Of a DNA stretch of 64,000 nt, positions 48,740 to 61,445 are shown one piece after another (within the stretch, counting starts at the first letter, position 1; the number at the start of each line of letters is the position of its first letter). The notes below the pieces were generated by a model, which searched no databases, had not been told where the DNA came from, and saw nothing but the letters and a program-made list of their open reading frames with translations. Origin of the DNA: Gammaproteobacteria bacterium (GTDB taxonomy: Bacteria; Pseudomonadota; Gammaproteobacteria; Steroidobacterales; Steroidobacteraceae); NCBI GenBank assembly GCA_003132025.1, contig PKWJ01000020.1, forward strand, positions 3,220-67,219, in the 5' to 3' direction. The position numbers and the translations under genes are program-made.

Positions 48740-49374
48740 AACCCACCACCGTCATGCTGGTGGACGACCACGCCGTGGTGCGCATGGGTTTCCGCCTGCT
48801 GCTGCAGGCGGCGGCCGACATGCAGGTGGTGGCCGAGGCCGACAGCGGCGAGGAAGCGTGTGCCAAGTACACCGAAGCCAGGCCGGACGTGGTGGTGATG
48901 GATCTGGCGATGGCAGGCATCGGTGGTATCGAGGCGGTCAAGCGCATCATTGCGCGCGACGCCAGTGCCCGCATCCTGGCGCTCTCGGCGCACGCCGACG
49001 CCAGCCATCCCAAGCGGGTGCTCAAGGCAGGCGCGCTGGGCTACCTGTCCAAACGCAGCGCGCCCGAGACACTGATCGAGGCAATCCGCACCGTGGCCGC
49101 GCGCCGCATGTACATCGACGCCTCGATCGCACAGCTGATGGCGGTGCAGGACGTCACCGGCGACCGCAATCCGATCGAGCAGCTGTCAGCGCGCGAATTT
49201 GAAGTGTTCGTGCTGCTGGCGCGCGGCGCGTCGGTCAATCAGATCGCCGAGACGCTGCACCTGAGCCCCAGCACCATCGGCACCCATCTGTACAACATCA
49301 AGCAGAAACTGGCGGCCTCGAATCAGGCCGAACTGACGCTGATCGCCGTGCGCCACGGCCTGATCGAGACCTGA
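48736..49374 (+). CDS. NarL/FixJ-family response regulator
   Basis: GTGA overlap with the kinase stop. Receiver domain (VMLVDDHAVVR, DVVVMDLAMAG) and a LuxR HTH (LSAREFEVFVLLARGASVNQIAETLHLSPSTIGTH). Confidence 0.85.
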   Translation: MKPTTVMLVDDHAVVRMGFRLLLQAAADMQVVAEADSGEEACAKYTEARPDVVVMDLAMAGIGGIEAVKRIIARDASARILALSAHADASHPKRVLKAGALGYLSKRSAPETLIEAIRTVAARRMYIDASIAQLMAVQDVTGDRNPIEQLSAREFEVFVLLARGASVNQIAETLHLSPSTIGTHLYNIKQKLAASNQAELTLIAVRHGLIET

Positions 49375-49390
49375 CAGCGAGCTCGGCGCG

Positions 49391-50335
49391 TTAGCGCCCG
49401 GGCAGGAAGCCCTGGTGGTGCGCGAAATGCTTGGCCAGGAATGCTTCTCCGCGCTCCAGGATGAAGTAGCGAAATGCCTCGGCCGCGGGCGACAGCGTCT
49501 TGGCGAGGTTGTTGACTACGTGCCAGCGGCGCATCACCGGCAACCCCTCGCACTCCGGGGTGGCGATCAGCTTATGATCGAGCTCCAGTCCGATGGTGTG
49601 CAGCGACAGCAGCGCCACGCCCATGCCGGCCATCACGGCCTGCTTGATCGCCTCGTTGCTCGACATCTGCATCACTACCCGCGGGCTCATCTGGTGCGCC
49701 TCCATGAATTCGTCGAGCGCGGCGCGCGTGCCCGAACCCGGCTCGCGCACGATGAAACCCTCGCCCATCAACGCGTTCGCCGGCACTTTCTCGGTGTGCG
49801 CGAACGGGTGCTCGATCGACGTCACCAGTACGTGCGGGTGCATCGCGAACGGCTCGGCGCGGGTCGGCCATTCCCTGGGCGGCCGGCCCATGATGGCGAG
49901 TTCGACGCTGCCCTGCTGCATCAGCGCCACCACCTGTTCGCGGTTGTTGCTGACCTGGAGGCGAATTTCGATGCCCGGATGCTCGTCGCGGAACTGCGCC
50001 AGCATGCGTGGCACGAAGTACTTGGCGGTACTGACCATGCCGACGTCGAGCACCCCGGTCTGCAGGCCGCGAAAACGCGCCACCATGTCTTCGGCGTCGC
50101 GCACCGCGGCCAGCACGCGCCGCGTATGCGCCAGCACATATTCGCCCACCATCGTGAGCGACACCTTGCGGCTGGATCGATCGAACAGCGGCAGGCCGAC
50201 CTCGATCTCCAGGTCCTTGATCTGCATCGAGACCGCCGGGGCGGTGAGGCCCAGTTCCTCGGCTGCACGCACAAAGCTCAGGTGCCGCGCCACGGATGCG
50301 AACACGCGCAGCTGGCGGAGGGTGGCGTTCTTCAT
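49391..50335 (-). CDS. cbbR: LysR-family regulator, CbbR-like
   Basis: MKNATLRQLRVFASVARHLSFVRAAEELGLTAPAVSMQIKDLE. Divergent from cbbL. Confidence 0.8.
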   Translation of the reverse strand: MKNATLRQLRVFASVARHLSFVRAAEELGLTAPAVSMQIKDLEIEVGLPLFDRSSRKVSLTMVGEYVLAHTRRVLAAVRDAEDMVARFRGLQTGVLDVGMVSTAKYFVPRMLAQFRDEHPGIEIRLQVSNNREQVVALMQQGSVELAIMGRPPREWPTRAEPFAMHPHVLVTSIEHPFAHTEKVPANALMGEGFIVREPGSGTRAALDEFMEAHQMSPRVVMQMSSNEAIKQAVMAGMGVALLSLHTIGLELDHKLIATPECEGLPVMRRWHVVNNLAKTLSPAAEAFRYFILERGEAFLAKHFAHHQGFLPGR

Positions 50336-52345
<2,010 letters not shown>

Positions 52346-52348
52346 CCC

Positions 52349-53047
52349 ATGCATCGCATCGCGCCGTCAATTTTGTCCGCCGATTTCGCCCGCCTGGGTG
52401 AGGAAGTCAGGCAGGTGCTGGCCGCTGGCGCCGACTGGATCCATTTCGACGTCATGGACAATCACTACGTGCCGAACCTGACCATCGGGCCGATGGTGGC
52501 GCAGGCGCTGAAGCCGCACTGCATCGGGCGCGACGGCAGCATGGCGATGCTCGACGTGCATTTGATGGTGCAGCCGGTGGACGCGCTGGCCGCCGCCTTC
52601 GCCGCGGCCGGCGCCGACCTCATCAGCTTTCATCCGGAAAGCTCCAGTCACGTCGATCGTACGGTGCAGGTCATCAAGGCCGCGGGTTGTCAGGCCGGCC
52701 TGGCATTCAATCCGGCGACATCGCTCGAGGTGCTTGAGTACCTGCTGGACAAGATCGACCTGGTGCTGATCATGAGTGTCAATCCGGGATTTGGCGGCCA
52801 AAGGTTCATCGAGTCGGCGCTGCGCAAGATCGAACGTGCACGCAAGCTGATCGACGCCAGCGGCCGCGACATTCGGCTGGAGGTCGACGGCGGCATCAAG
52901 GTGGACAATATCCGCCGCGTGGCCGACGCCGGTGCCGACACCTTCGTCGCCGGTAGCGCGATCTTCGGCAGCAAGGACTATCGCGCGGTGCTCGAGGCCA
53001 TGCGCGCCAGACTCGGACGCTCCGCGCCGGCGAGCCGGGTGGCTTAG
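52349..53047 (+). CDS. rpe: Ribulose-phosphate 3-epimerase
   Basis: [46 protein letters not shown]. Confidence 0.9.
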   Translation: MHRIAPSILSADFARLGEEVRQVLAAGADWIHFDVMDNHYVPNLTIGPMVAQALKPHCIGRDGSMAMLDVHLMVQPVDALAAAFAAAGADLISFHPESSSHVDRTVQVIKAAGCQAGLAFNPATSLEVLEYLLDKIDLVLIMSVNPGFGGQRFIESALRKIERARKLIDASGRDIRLEVDGGIKVDNIRRVADAGADTFVAGSAIFGSKDYRAVLEAMRARLGRSAPASRVA

Positions 53048-53050
53048 AAG

Positions 53051-54040
53051 ATGGCCTCACCGAAGTACACCATCCCCGGCACGGCGCAGCCTTTCGCTCC
53101 GGTGTCGGCGGCGGACGCATCGCCAATCTTCGATGCCACCGCAGGAGTCGTCAACGGCGTGCGCACCGTGAACCAGGTACTGGCGCAGAGCCAGGCTGGC
53201 GCGGTCATGGACGAGCTGGAGCGCGATCTGATCGGCCTGGCGCCGATCAAGATGCGCATTCGCGATATCGCCGCGCTGCTGGTGATCGACAAGCTGCGTA
53301 CCGACCTGGGCCTCGCGGCTGCGGCACCGAGCCTGCATATGTCGTTCACCGGCAACCCCGGCACCGGCAAGACCACGGTGGCGCTGCGCATGGCGGAAAT
53401 CCTGCACCGCCTCGGCTACGTGCGCAAAGGTCACCTGGTGGCCGTGACGCGCGATGACCTGGTCGGGCAGTACATCGGGCACACCGCCCCCAAGACCAAG
53501 GAAGTCGTCAAGAAGGCCATGGGCGGTGTGCTGTTCATCGACGAGGCCTATTACCTCTACCGTCCCGAAAACGAGCGCGACTACGGCCAGGAAGCGATCG
53601 AGATCCTGCTGCAGGTGATGGAGAACCAGCGCGACGACCTGGTCGTTATCCTGGCCGGCTACAAGGACCGGATGGACACTTTCTTTCGCTCCAATCCCGG
53701 CATGAGCTCGCGCATCGCGCATCACCTGGATTTCCCGGACTACCCGCAGAGCGACCTGCTGCGCATCGCCGAGCGCATGCTGCAGCAGCAGAACTACCAG
53801 TTCGGGCCGGGCGCCCGCGAGGCGTTCGAGCAGTACATCGGCTACCGCATCGGCCAGGAGCACTTCGCCAATGCGCGCAGTGTGCGCAATGCGCTCGATC
53901 GCGCGCGGCTGCGCCAGGCGAGCCGCCTGTTTGCCGATCGGGATCGCGAGTACACGGCCGAGGATCTGACCACGATTGCCGAACCCGATATCCGCGCCAG
54001 CCGTGTGTTTCAGATAGCGGCCGCCCACAAACCCGAATAG
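53051..54040 (+). CDS. cbbX: Red-type RuBisCO activase CbbX (AAA+)
   Basis: Walker [12 protein letters not shown], Walker [21 protein letters not shown]. Confidence 0.9.
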   Translation: MASPKYTIPGTAQPFAPVSAADASPIFDATAGVVNGVRTVNQVLAQSQAGAVMDELERDLIGLAPIKMRIRDIAALLVIDKLRTDLGLAAAAPSLHMSFTGNPGTGKTTVALRMAEILHRLGYVRKGHLVAVTRDDLVGQYIGHTAPKTKEVVKKAMGGVLFIDEAYYLYRPENERDYGQEAIEILLQVMENQRDDLVVILAGYKDRMDTFFRSNPGMSSRIAHHLDFPDYPQSDLLRIAERMLQQQNYQFGPGAREAFEQYIGYRIGQEHFANARSVRNALDRARLRQASRLFADRDREYTAEDLTTIAEPDIRASRVFQIAAAHKPE

Positions 54041-54064
54041 GGCATATCAACAGGAGTCCCGACC

Positions 54065-55147
54065 ATGCATCTCGGACGCACCACGCTGTCGAAGTTTCTG
54101 ATCCAGCAGTCCGACCGCGTCGAAGGCGCCAGCGATCTTGCGGCGCTGTTGATCGATGTCGCGGCCGCGGTCAAGGCGATCTCGGCCATGACCGCCAAGG
54201 GTGCGCTCGGCGGCGTACTCGGCAAAGTCGGCAACAGCGGCGGCCACGGCGATACGCAGGTGATCAAGCTCGATCTGCTGGCCAGCGACGAGATGCTGCG
54301 CAGCTGTGAATGGGGCGGCCTGGTGGCCGGTATGGCTTCCAAGGAACTCGAGCAGCCGTACGCGATCCCGGACGAATTCACCCGCGGGCGCTATCTGCTG
54401 CTGTTCGACCCGCTCGACGGCTCGCTGAACACCGACGTCAACAGCTCGGTGGGCACGGTGTTCTCGGTGCTGCGGCACGACTTGGCTGCGCCGCCGAGCG
54501 TGGCCGATTACCTGCAGCCTGGCGGCAAGCAGGTCGCCGCCGGTTATGCGATCTACGGCCCGGCCACGATGCTGGTGATCACCGTGGGCAAGGGCACGCA
54601 CGGCTTTACGCTCGATCGTGAGATCGGCAATTTCATCCTGACGCACCCGGACCTGCAGGTACCGCAGGACAGCAGCGAAATAGCGATCAACACCAGTAAC
54701 GCGCGCTTCTGGGAACCGCCGGTGAATCGCTACATCAGTGAATGCCAGGCCGGCAAGACCGGCGATCGCGCACGCGATTTCAACCTGCGATGGATTGCCT
54801 CCATGGTGGCGGAGGTACATCACATCCTGATGCGCGGCGGCGTGTTCATGTACCCCAGGGACACCAAGGACGCAAACCGGCCCGGACGGCTGCGACACAT
54901 GTACGAGGCCAATCCGATCGGCCTGCTGATCGAGCAGGCCGGCGGCCGCGCCACTACCGGCCGGCGGCGACTGCTCGAGGTGCAGCCCGAGAGCCTGCAT
55001 CAGCGCATTCCGGTGATCCTCGGATCACGCAATGAGGTCGAGCGCATCGAGCGTTACCACGCCGAGTTCGACAGCGGTTCCGACCGACCCTATACCTCGC
55101 CGCTGTTCAACGAGCGCTCGCTGTTCCGCCCCGAAGCGCACGCCTGA
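54065..55147 (+). CDS. fbp: Class 1 fructose-1,6-/sedoheptulose-1,7-bisphosphatase
   Basis: TLSKFLIQQ, LLFDPLDGSLNTD, GGVFMYP, YEANPIGLLIEQAGG. Confidence 0.9.
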   Translation: MHLGRTTLSKFLIQQSDRVEGASDLAALLIDVAAAVKAISAMTAKGALGGVLGKVGNSGGHGDTQVIKLDLLASDEMLRSCEWGGLVAGMASKELEQPYAIPDEFTRGRYLLLFDPLDGSLNTDVNSSVGTVFSVLRHDLAAPPSVADYLQPGGKQVAAGYAIYGPATMLVITVGKGTHGFTLDREIGNFILTHPDLQVPQDSSEIAINTSNARFWEPPVNRYISECQAGKTGDRARDFNLRWIASMVAEVHHILMRGGVFMYPRDTKDANRPGRLRHMYEANPIGLLIEQAGGRATTGRRRLLEVQPESLHQRIPVILGSRNEVERIERYHAEFDSGSDRPYTSPLFNERSLFRPEAHA

Positions 55148-55163
55148 CCCGGATAGCCACACC

Positions 55164-56039
55164 ATGTCAACCCGACATCCTGTTATCGCCGTCACCGGTT
55201 CCTCCGGCGCCGGCACCACCACGGTAATGAAGGCGTTCGCGCACATCTTCCGGCGCGAAAGCATCAAGGCCGAGGTCATTGAAGGCGACTCGTTCCACCG
55301 CTACAACCGCGTCGAGATGCGCGAGCGCGTGGCCGCGGCCGATAGCGGCAGGGGTCCCGCGATCAGTCATTTCGGGCCGGAGGCGAACCTGCTGGCGGAA
55401 CTGGCCGATACGCTGGCGGAATACGGTTCCACCGGCGGCGGCAAACTGCGTCGCTACGTTCACGATGCCATCGAGGCCAAGGAACTCGGTAGCGAGCCGG
55501 GCTCGTTCACACCCTGGCAAACGATGCAGCCGGACAGCGACCTGCTGTTCTACGAAGGCCTGCACGGCGGTTACGTCGGCGGCGAAGTCAATGTCGCTCA
55601 GCACGTGGATCTGCTGGTCGGGGTGGTACCGATCGTCAACCTGGAGTGGATCCAGAAGCTGCACCGCGACCGCCACCAGCGCGGCTACACGCAGGATGCA
55701 GTAGTCGAGACCATCCTGCGGCGTATGCCCGACTATGTGAATCACATCTGTCCGCAATTCAGTCGCACGCACGTGAATTTCCAGCGCGTGCCGACCGTGG
55801 ACACCAGCAATCCGTTCGTCGCCAGGGATATTCCTTCGGCCGATGAGTCCATGGTGATCATCCGCTTTGCCAATCCGAAGGGCATCGACTTCCCGTACCT
55901 GCTGTCGATGCTGCACAACTCGTGGATGAGCCGGCCCAACAACATCGTCGTTCCGGGAGGCCAGATGGGGCTGGCGATGCAATTCATCTTCACGCCGATG
56001 ATCCTGCGCCTGATCGACCTGAAACGACGCGCACGCTGA
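55164..56039 (+). CDS. prk: Phosphoribulokinase
   Basis: HPVIAVTGSSGAGTTTV P-loop, EGDSFHRY, LLFYEGLHG. The upstream 44 codons of the track ORF overlap fbp and are discarded. Confidence 0.9.
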   Translation: MSTRHPVIAVTGSSGAGTTTVMKAFAHIFRRESIKAEVIEGDSFHRYNRVEMRERVAAADSGRGPAISHFGPEANLLAELADTLAEYGSTGGGKLRRYVHDAIEAKELGSEPGSFTPWQTMQPDSDLLFYEGLHGGYVGGEVNVAQHVDLLVGVVPIVNLEWIQKLHRDRHQRGYTQDAVVETILRRMPDYVNHICPQFSRTHVNFQRVPTVDTSNPFVARDIPSADESMVIIRFANPKGIDFPYLLSMLHNSWMSRPNNIVVPGGQMGLAMQFIFTPMILRLIDLKRRAR

Positions 56040-56054
56040 GGAGCCAGGGTAGTC

Positions 56055-58103
56055 ATGAACGCACTAGTCGATGCAACGCGAACCGATGCGACAGCGGTCG
56101 GACCGGGCGAACTCACCAACGCATTGCGCTTCCTCGCCATCGATGCGGTGGAAGCCGCCAACAGCGGCCACCCCGGCATGCCGATGGGCATGGCCGAGAT
56201 TGCCGAGGTGCTATGGCGCCGGCATCTGAAGCACAATCCCGCCGATCCGATCTGGCCCGACCGCGATCGTTTCGTACTGTCCAATGGCCACGGCTCGATG
56301 CTGCTGTATGCGCTGCTGCACCTGACCGGCTATGCGCTGCCGATCGAGGAACTCAAGCGTTTTCGCCAGCTGCACAGCAAGACGCCGGGTCACCCCGAGG
56401 TCGGTATCACCCCCGGTGTGGAAACCACGACCGGTCCGCTCGGCCAGGGGCTCGCCAATGCGGTCGGCATGGCGCTGAGCGAGCAGCTGCTGGCGGCGGA
56501 ATTCAACCGGCCTGACCACACCATCGTCGACCACCGCACCTGGGTATTCGTCGGCGATGGCTGTCTGATGGAGGGCATCAGCCATGAGGCCTGCTCGCTG
56601 GCCGGAACGCTCGGCCTGTCGAATCTGATTGCCATCTACGATGACAACGGCATCAGCATCGATGGTCATGTGAAGCACTGGTTCGCCGATGACACACCAC
56701 GGCGCTTTGAATCCTACGGCTGGCGGGTGATGCGCGACGTCGATGGCCATGACAGCGCGGCGATCGAGCGGGCGCTGCAGGACGCCTGCGAGGACAGCGG
56801 CCGGCCGACGCTGGTGTGCTGCAAAACCGTGATTGGCAAGGGCAGTCCGAACAAGGCCGGCAGCCACGATGTGCACGGCGCCGCATTGGGCGCGGCTGAG
56901 GCCGCCGCCACCCGCACAGCACTCGGCTGGGCCGCGGGCCCGTTTCAGATCGCGGCCGGAATTCGCGCCGCATGGGATGCGCGCGCCGCAGGCTTAGCGC
57001 GCCAGGCCGACTGGCAGCGCCGCCTTGAGGCGTACCGGCACGCCCATCCGCAACTGGCGGCCGAATTCGAGCGTCGCGTGGTGCTGCGGGCATTGCCGCG
57101 TCACTGGCGCGAGGCCAGTGCCGCAGCGCTTGCCAAAGTAGTAGAGCAGCGCGCCGGTATCGCCTCGCGCAAGGCGTCGCAAAATGCAATCGAGGCATTG
57201 CTGCCGCTGTTGCCGGAGCTGCTTGGTGGCTCTGCCGACCTGACCGGTTCGAACCTCACCGCCGGCAAGGCGAGCGTGCCACTACGGCACGGTCAGTGGG
57301 GCAATCACATCAACTATGGCGTGCGTGAGTTCGGCATGAGCGCCATCATGAACGGCATCGCCCTGCACGGCGGCTACATTCCATACGGTGGAACGTTCCT
57401 GACTTTCTCGGACTATAGCCGCAACGCGGTGCGCATGGCGGCGCTGATGGGCGAGCGCGTGCTGTTCGTGTTCACCCACGACAGCATCGGCCTGGGCGAG
57501 GATGGGCCAACGCACCAGCCGGTCGAGCACCTGGCGAGCCTGCGCCTGATTCCCAACAACGCCGTGTGGCGACCCTGCGATGCGGTCGAGACCATGATCG
57601 CCTGGCTGGCCGCCATCGAGCGCCGCGATGGTCCGACTTGCCTGGTCCTGTCGAGGCAGAACCTGCCGCATTTCGATCGCGACGCGCAGCAGCTGCGCGA
57701 TGTGCGCAAGGGCGGCTATGTGCTGGCCGAGGCCCAAGGCACGGCGGCACTGACGTTGCTGGCCACCGGTTCTGAGGTGGCGCTGGCAATGCAAGCTCGC
57801 GCTGCGATGGCCGCGCAGGGCATCGACGCGCGCGTGGTGTCGATGCCGAGCTGCAGCGATTTCGATGCCCAGGATGCTCAGTACCGCGCGGCGGTCCTGC
57901 CGCGCAGCGTGCCGGTGCTGGCCATCGAAGCCGGGGTAAGCCGATTCTGGCGCGCCTATACCGGCTTCGACGGCGACGTCATCGGCATCGATCGCTTCGG
58001 TGAATCGGCCCCGGCGGCGCAGGTCGCTGAAACCCTCGGCCTGACGGTGAGCGCCGTCACCGAACGCGCGCTCGCGCTGGCACAGCGCGGAGTGGCAACA
58101 TAA
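56055..58103 (+). CDS. tkt: Transketolase
   Basis: [55 protein letters not shown]. Confidence 0.9.
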   Translation: MNALVDATRTDATAVGPGELTNALRFLAIDAVEAANSGHPGMPMGMAEIAEVLWRRHLKHNPADPIWPDRDRFVLSNGHGSMLLYALLHLTGYALPIEELKRFRQLHSKTPGHPEVGITPGVETTTGPLGQGLANAVGMALSEQLLAAEFNRPDHTIVDHRTWVFVGDGCLMEGISHEACSLAGTLGLSNLIAIYDDNGISIDGHVKHWFADDTPRRFESYGWRVMRDVDGHDSAAIERALQDACEDSGRPTLVCCKTVIGKGSPNKAGSHDVHGAALGAAEAAATRTALGWAAGPFQIAAGIRAAWDARAAGLARQADWQRRLEAYRHAHPQLAAEFERRVVLRALPRHWREASAAALAKVVEQRAGIASRKASQNAIEALLPLLPELLGGSADLTGSNLTAGKASVPLRHGQWGNHINYGVREFGMSAIMNGIALHGGYIPYGGTFLTFSDYSRNAVRMAALMGERVLFVFTHDSIGLGEDGPTHQPVEHLASLRLIPNNAVWRPCDAVETMIAWLAAIERRDGPTCLVLSRQNLPHFDRDAQQLRDVRKGGYVLAEAQGTAALTLLATGSEVALAMQARAAMAAQGIDARVVSMPSCSDFDAQDAQYRAAVLPRSVPVLAIEAGVSRFWRAYTGFDGDVIGIDRFGESAPAAQVAETLGLTVSAVTERALALAQRGVAT

Positions 58104-58156
58104 GCGCCGTTGCCGCACCGGCCGCGCTGCGCTGGCGCGGCGTTGAGCTGCGTGCG

Positions 58157-58822
58157 GTGCTGTTCGATCTGGACGGCACGCTGCTGGATACGGTGGACGC
58201 GATTGCCGCGGCGCTGAACCAGGCGCTGACTGATTGCTCACTGGCGCCGCTGGCGGTGACCGAGGTACGCGTGATGATCGGTCGCGGCGGCCCGGTGCTG
58301 ATCGAGCGCGCACTCGAGCGGCTGGGCGCAACGTTCGATCAACGCCACCAGGCGGCGCTGCTGGAGCGCTATTTCCTGCTCTATGAACGCATCGAGTCCG
58401 GCGCCGAGCACAGCGCACGTATCTACCCGGGGGTCGTCGATTGCCTGCGCCAGCTGCGGCGGCTGCAGCTGTCACTCGCGGTCGTGACCAACAAGCAGCA
58501 GTACCTGGCACGCGGCCTGCTCGAGCGATTCGGCTTGAGCCAGTACATCGACGTGCTGATTGGCGGCAACAGCTGTGAGCGCCGCAAGCCCGATCCGCAG
58601 CCGCTGCAGGTGGCTTGCACGGCGCTCGGGGTGGACACCGCGCAGACGCTGATGGTTGGCGACTCGATCAACGACGTGCTGGCGGCGCGGGCCGCGGGCA
58701 TGCCGGTGGTGTGCGTACCGTACGGCTACAACGAGGGTAACGATCCGCGTGCGCTGCCCTGTGATGCATTCGTCGAGACGCTGGCCGAATTGCCGGCGCT
58801 GCTGACTCGTGCAACCCTGTGA
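58157..58822 (+). CDS. gph: Phosphoglycolate phosphatase (HAD)
   Basis: LFDLDGTLLDT, VVTNK, VGDSINDV. The first in-frame canonical start is GTG 58157, but the frame is open further upstream, so the true start is uncertain. Confidence 0.8.
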   Translation: MLFDLDGTLLDTVDAIAAALNQALTDCSLAPLAVTEVRVMIGRGGPVLIERALERLGATFDQRHQAALLERYFLLYERIESGAEHSARIYPGVVDCLRQLRRLQLSLAVVTNKQQYLARGLLERFGLSQYIDVLIGGNSCERRKPDPQPLQVACTALGVDTAQTLMVGDSINDVLAARAAGMPVVCVPYGYNEGNDPRALPCDAFVETLAELPALLTRATL

Positions 58823-58825
58823 GCG

Positions 58826-59590
58826 ATGCTCAAGGCAATCCTGTGGGACGTCGACGGCACGCTGGCCGAGACCGAACGCGACGGCCACCTGGTGGCGTTC
58901 AATCGTGCATTCGAGGCGCTGTCCATTCCATGGCGATGGAGCGAGTCGCGCTACGGTGAACTGCTGGCCGTGGCCGGCGGGCGCGAACGGTTGCTTTTCG
59001 ATCTGGAGCGCCAGCCGCTGGCGCCGCCGGATGGCGTGCAGCGTGCGGCACTGGTCGAGCGCATCCATCGGCTGAAGAATGAGTACTACGCGGCGATCGT
59101 CGCCGGCGGCGCGCTGCCCCTGCGCGCCGGGGTCGCGCAGCTATTCGCCGATTGCGGCGAGGCCGGCGTGGCGATGGGCATTGCGACCACGACCAGCGCT
59201 GCCAACGTCGCCGCGCTCCTGGCCGCGCATCTGGGCGACAGCTGGCGCTCGCATTTTGCCGCCGTGGCATGCGCGGAACAGGCACCGATGAAAAAACCCG
59301 ATCCGCAGGTATACCTGCAGGCGCTGCAGACCTTAGGGCTAACTGCCGGTGACGTGCTCGCGATCGAGGATTCTCCGGCTGGTGTCGCTGCCGCGCAGGC
59401 CGCGCAAGTCGCCGTAGTCGTGGTGCGCAGTTTCTATTTCCCCCGTGCCGCCGTCCCCGGTGCGCTGGCTGTCGGCGCTTCGCTGGGCAGTAACCGCGGC
59501 TGGCAGCCAGCGTCAAACGACGCGCCCGATCAACGCGTGCAACTCGCTCAGCTGATCCGCTGGCACCGCTCAGTCGCCGGCGGCGGCTGA
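58826..59590 (+). CDS. cbbY: HAD-family hydrolase, CbbY-like
   Basis: ILWDVDGTLAETERDGHLVAFNRAF and IEDSPAGV. Last gene of the cbb operon. Confidence 0.75.
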   Translation: MLKAILWDVDGTLAETERDGHLVAFNRAFEALSIPWRWSESRYGELLAVAGGRERLLFDLERQPLAPPDGVQRAALVERIHRLKNEYYAAIVAGGALPLRAGVAQLFADCGEAGVAMGIATTTSAANVAALLAAHLGDSWRSHFAAVACAEQAPMKKPDPQVYLQALQTLGLTAGDVLAIEDSPAGVAAAQAAQVAVVVVRSFYFPRAAVPGALAVGASLGSNRGWQPASNDAPDQRVQLAQLIRWHRSVAGGG

Positions 59591-59602
59591 CTTACGCGGC
59601 CT

Positions 59603-59872
59603 TTAGCGATCGGTCGCGGCGGGCGGAGCGTCCGGCCGCTTTGGCGGCGGCGCGACCGGCGCGCCGCGCGGATCCACACACTCGGCGAATCCGCTGACCG
59701 GACTGACCACGGCCTCCTTGCACTGCGCCGTTGGGGGCGGCGCTGGCGCACTGGGGGAGGCGGGCGCCTGCGGCGCGGGCGGGGCAGGCGAGGCGATGGC
59801 ACAGACGAGCAACGCCAGGCTCATAAACGAAACGCCTATACCTATATAAGGGTACCGCCGGATCGTCTCCAT
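59603..59872 (-). CDS. Small secreted Pro/Ala-rich protein (hypothetical)
   Basis: From ATG at 59872: METIRRYPYIGIGVSFMSLALLVCAIA|SP signal, then PAPPAPQAPASPSAPAPPP and two Cys. Could be a GC-bias ORF. Confidence 0.4.
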   Translation of the reverse strand: METIRRYPYIGIGVSFMSLALLVCAIASPAPPAPQAPASPSAPAPPPTAQCKEAVVSPVSGFAECVDPRGAPVAPPPKRPDAPPAATDR

Positions 59873-60029
59873 GCGCCGAAGATAATACCGACGCAATTCG
59901 TTTCGCAAGCGATTGTGTCAGCAATGGCGCGGGCGATGGGCTTCGCGCCCGATCAGCCCGGGCTCTATACTGTCAATCGACGGGAGAATTTCCCGAAACT
60001 ACGTGGCTGTGGGCGGATTACTGCAGAAC

Positions 60030-61445
60030 ATGAGAGCGGGAGGGGAATTTACAGTCGCGGCACTGACGCTGGCACTGGCCGCGGTGGTGCTCAGCGGCTG
60101 CATGAGTGCACCGCCGCCGGCGCCGCTCAGTCCATCCAACAGCGCCGCGGCGTTCGACGCGCGCCGGCTGGAGCAGCTCGGCGCGGACCTGCCGCCGCCA
60201 TCCACGGGATGGGATCGCGCGCAATGGCTCAAGGCGGCGCTGGCGCTCAATCCGCAACTGGCCGAAGCGCGCGCCCGCGTCGCGGTTAGCGTGGCCGCGG
60301 AGCGCACCGCGGCTCAACACGCCAATCCGACGATGAACCTGTTTGCCGAATACGTCGGCGCCGCCGCCCGCAGCGCGGCCTGGCTGTACGGGTTATCGAT
60401 GGATTTCCTGCTGCGGCGGCCGGGTGATCGCTCGCGCGCCATCGACTATGCCGCTATAGAGACCGCGCTCGCGAAGTCCGATCTGGCCGAGTCGATCTGG
60501 TCGGTGCGAGCGGCGCTGCGGCAGTCGCTGCTCGATGTGGCATCCTCGCGCGACGAATCGGCGCTGCTCGAAGCTCTGGTCGCGCAGCGCCAGACTCTGC
60601 TTGCCTCCGATCGGGCACGCGCCGATGCCGGCGAAATCTCGCGCTCCCAGATGCTGGCGGACGAACTGGAGTTGTCGCGCGCGCAGCAGCGACTGCGACA
60701 GGCACAGGCGCGCGCCATCGACGCGCGATCGCGCCTTGCGGCCGCTGTAGGCGTACCGGCAGCGGCACTGGACGGCATTCCGGTGCAATGGGACGGCTGG
60801 GCCGATGTCGATGCGCTCGATGCGCCGGTGTCCCAGGGCTGGCGCAGTGCCGCGCTGATCGGACGACCGCAGATCGTTCATGCCCTGGGTGAGTACGACC
60901 TGGCTGAGATTGCGCTGCAGAACGAAGTCGCCAAGCGTTGGCCGGAGATGCACCTGACACCAGGCTACGCCTGGGGAGCCAGCGGCGTGCGCGAGGATGC
61001 GCTCAGCGACTTTTCGCAGGAGAGCGCGTTGGGCGTCAATTTCGAGCTGCCGATATTCAATCAGCATCAGGGCCCGATCGGCGAAGCGCTCGCGCGGCGC
61101 GAAGCCGCGGCCCAGCATCTGCTGGCCGCGCAGGCCGACGTGTTTGCGCAGATCGATCGCGCCGAGCTCGCCTGGCCGCGCGCGCGCGCGGCCTGGGACG
61201 ATGCGGCGGCCGTCGTGGCAATCGCCGATCGGCAGCACGACATCGAGCAGCGCTCGTTCGCCGCCGGAGCTGGCGATCGCCCCAGTCTGGTGTCGACGCA
61301 GGTGGCGGCAAGCGAAGCACGACTGCTGCTGCTGGCCGCGGCCTACGATGCCGAGTCGGCGTTCGGCACGCTCGAAGACGCCTATCGCCGGCCGCTGCAG
61401 GGTGCCGAGAGCGAGTTGCCGCTCACTGGCAACCCGCAGTCATGA
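60030..61445 (+). CDS. Outer-membrane efflux lipoprotein (TolC/CzcC family)
   Basis: ATG 60030 gives the lipobox LSGC. Two OEP-type coiled-coil repeats. Confidence 0.8.
   Translation: MRAGGEFTVAALTLALAAVVLSGCMSAPPPAPLSPSNSAAAFDARRLEQLGADLPPPSTGWDRAQWLKAALALNPQLAEARARVAVSVAAERTAAQHANPTMNLFAEYVGAAARSAAWLYGLSMDFLLRRPGDRSRAIDYAAIETALAKSDLAESIWSVRAALRQSLLDVASSRDESALLEALVAQRQTLLASDRARADAGEISRSQMLADELELSRAQQRLRQAQARAIDARSRLAAAVGVPAAALDGIPVQWDGWADVDALDAPVSQGWRSAALIGRPQIVHALGEYDLAEIALQNEVAKRWPEMHLTPGYAWGASGVREDALSDFSQESALGVNFELPIFNQHQGPIGEALARREAAAQHLLAAQADVFAQIDRAELAWPRARAAWDDAAAVVAIADRQHDIEQRSFAAGAGDRPSLVSTQVAASEARLLLLAAAYDAESAFGTLEDAYRRPLQGAESELPLTGNPQS

Noticed and set aside
55032-61441. N-terminal extensions in track ORFs for prk (55032-55163), the OMF lipoprotein (59913-60029) and the adaptor (60938-61441).
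   Set aside because: The extensions overlap the preceding CDS or produce non-signal, Arg-rich sequence. Internal ATGs give canonical N-termini: P-loop start, LSGC lipobox and signal peptide, with typical ATGA coupling at the adaptor start.
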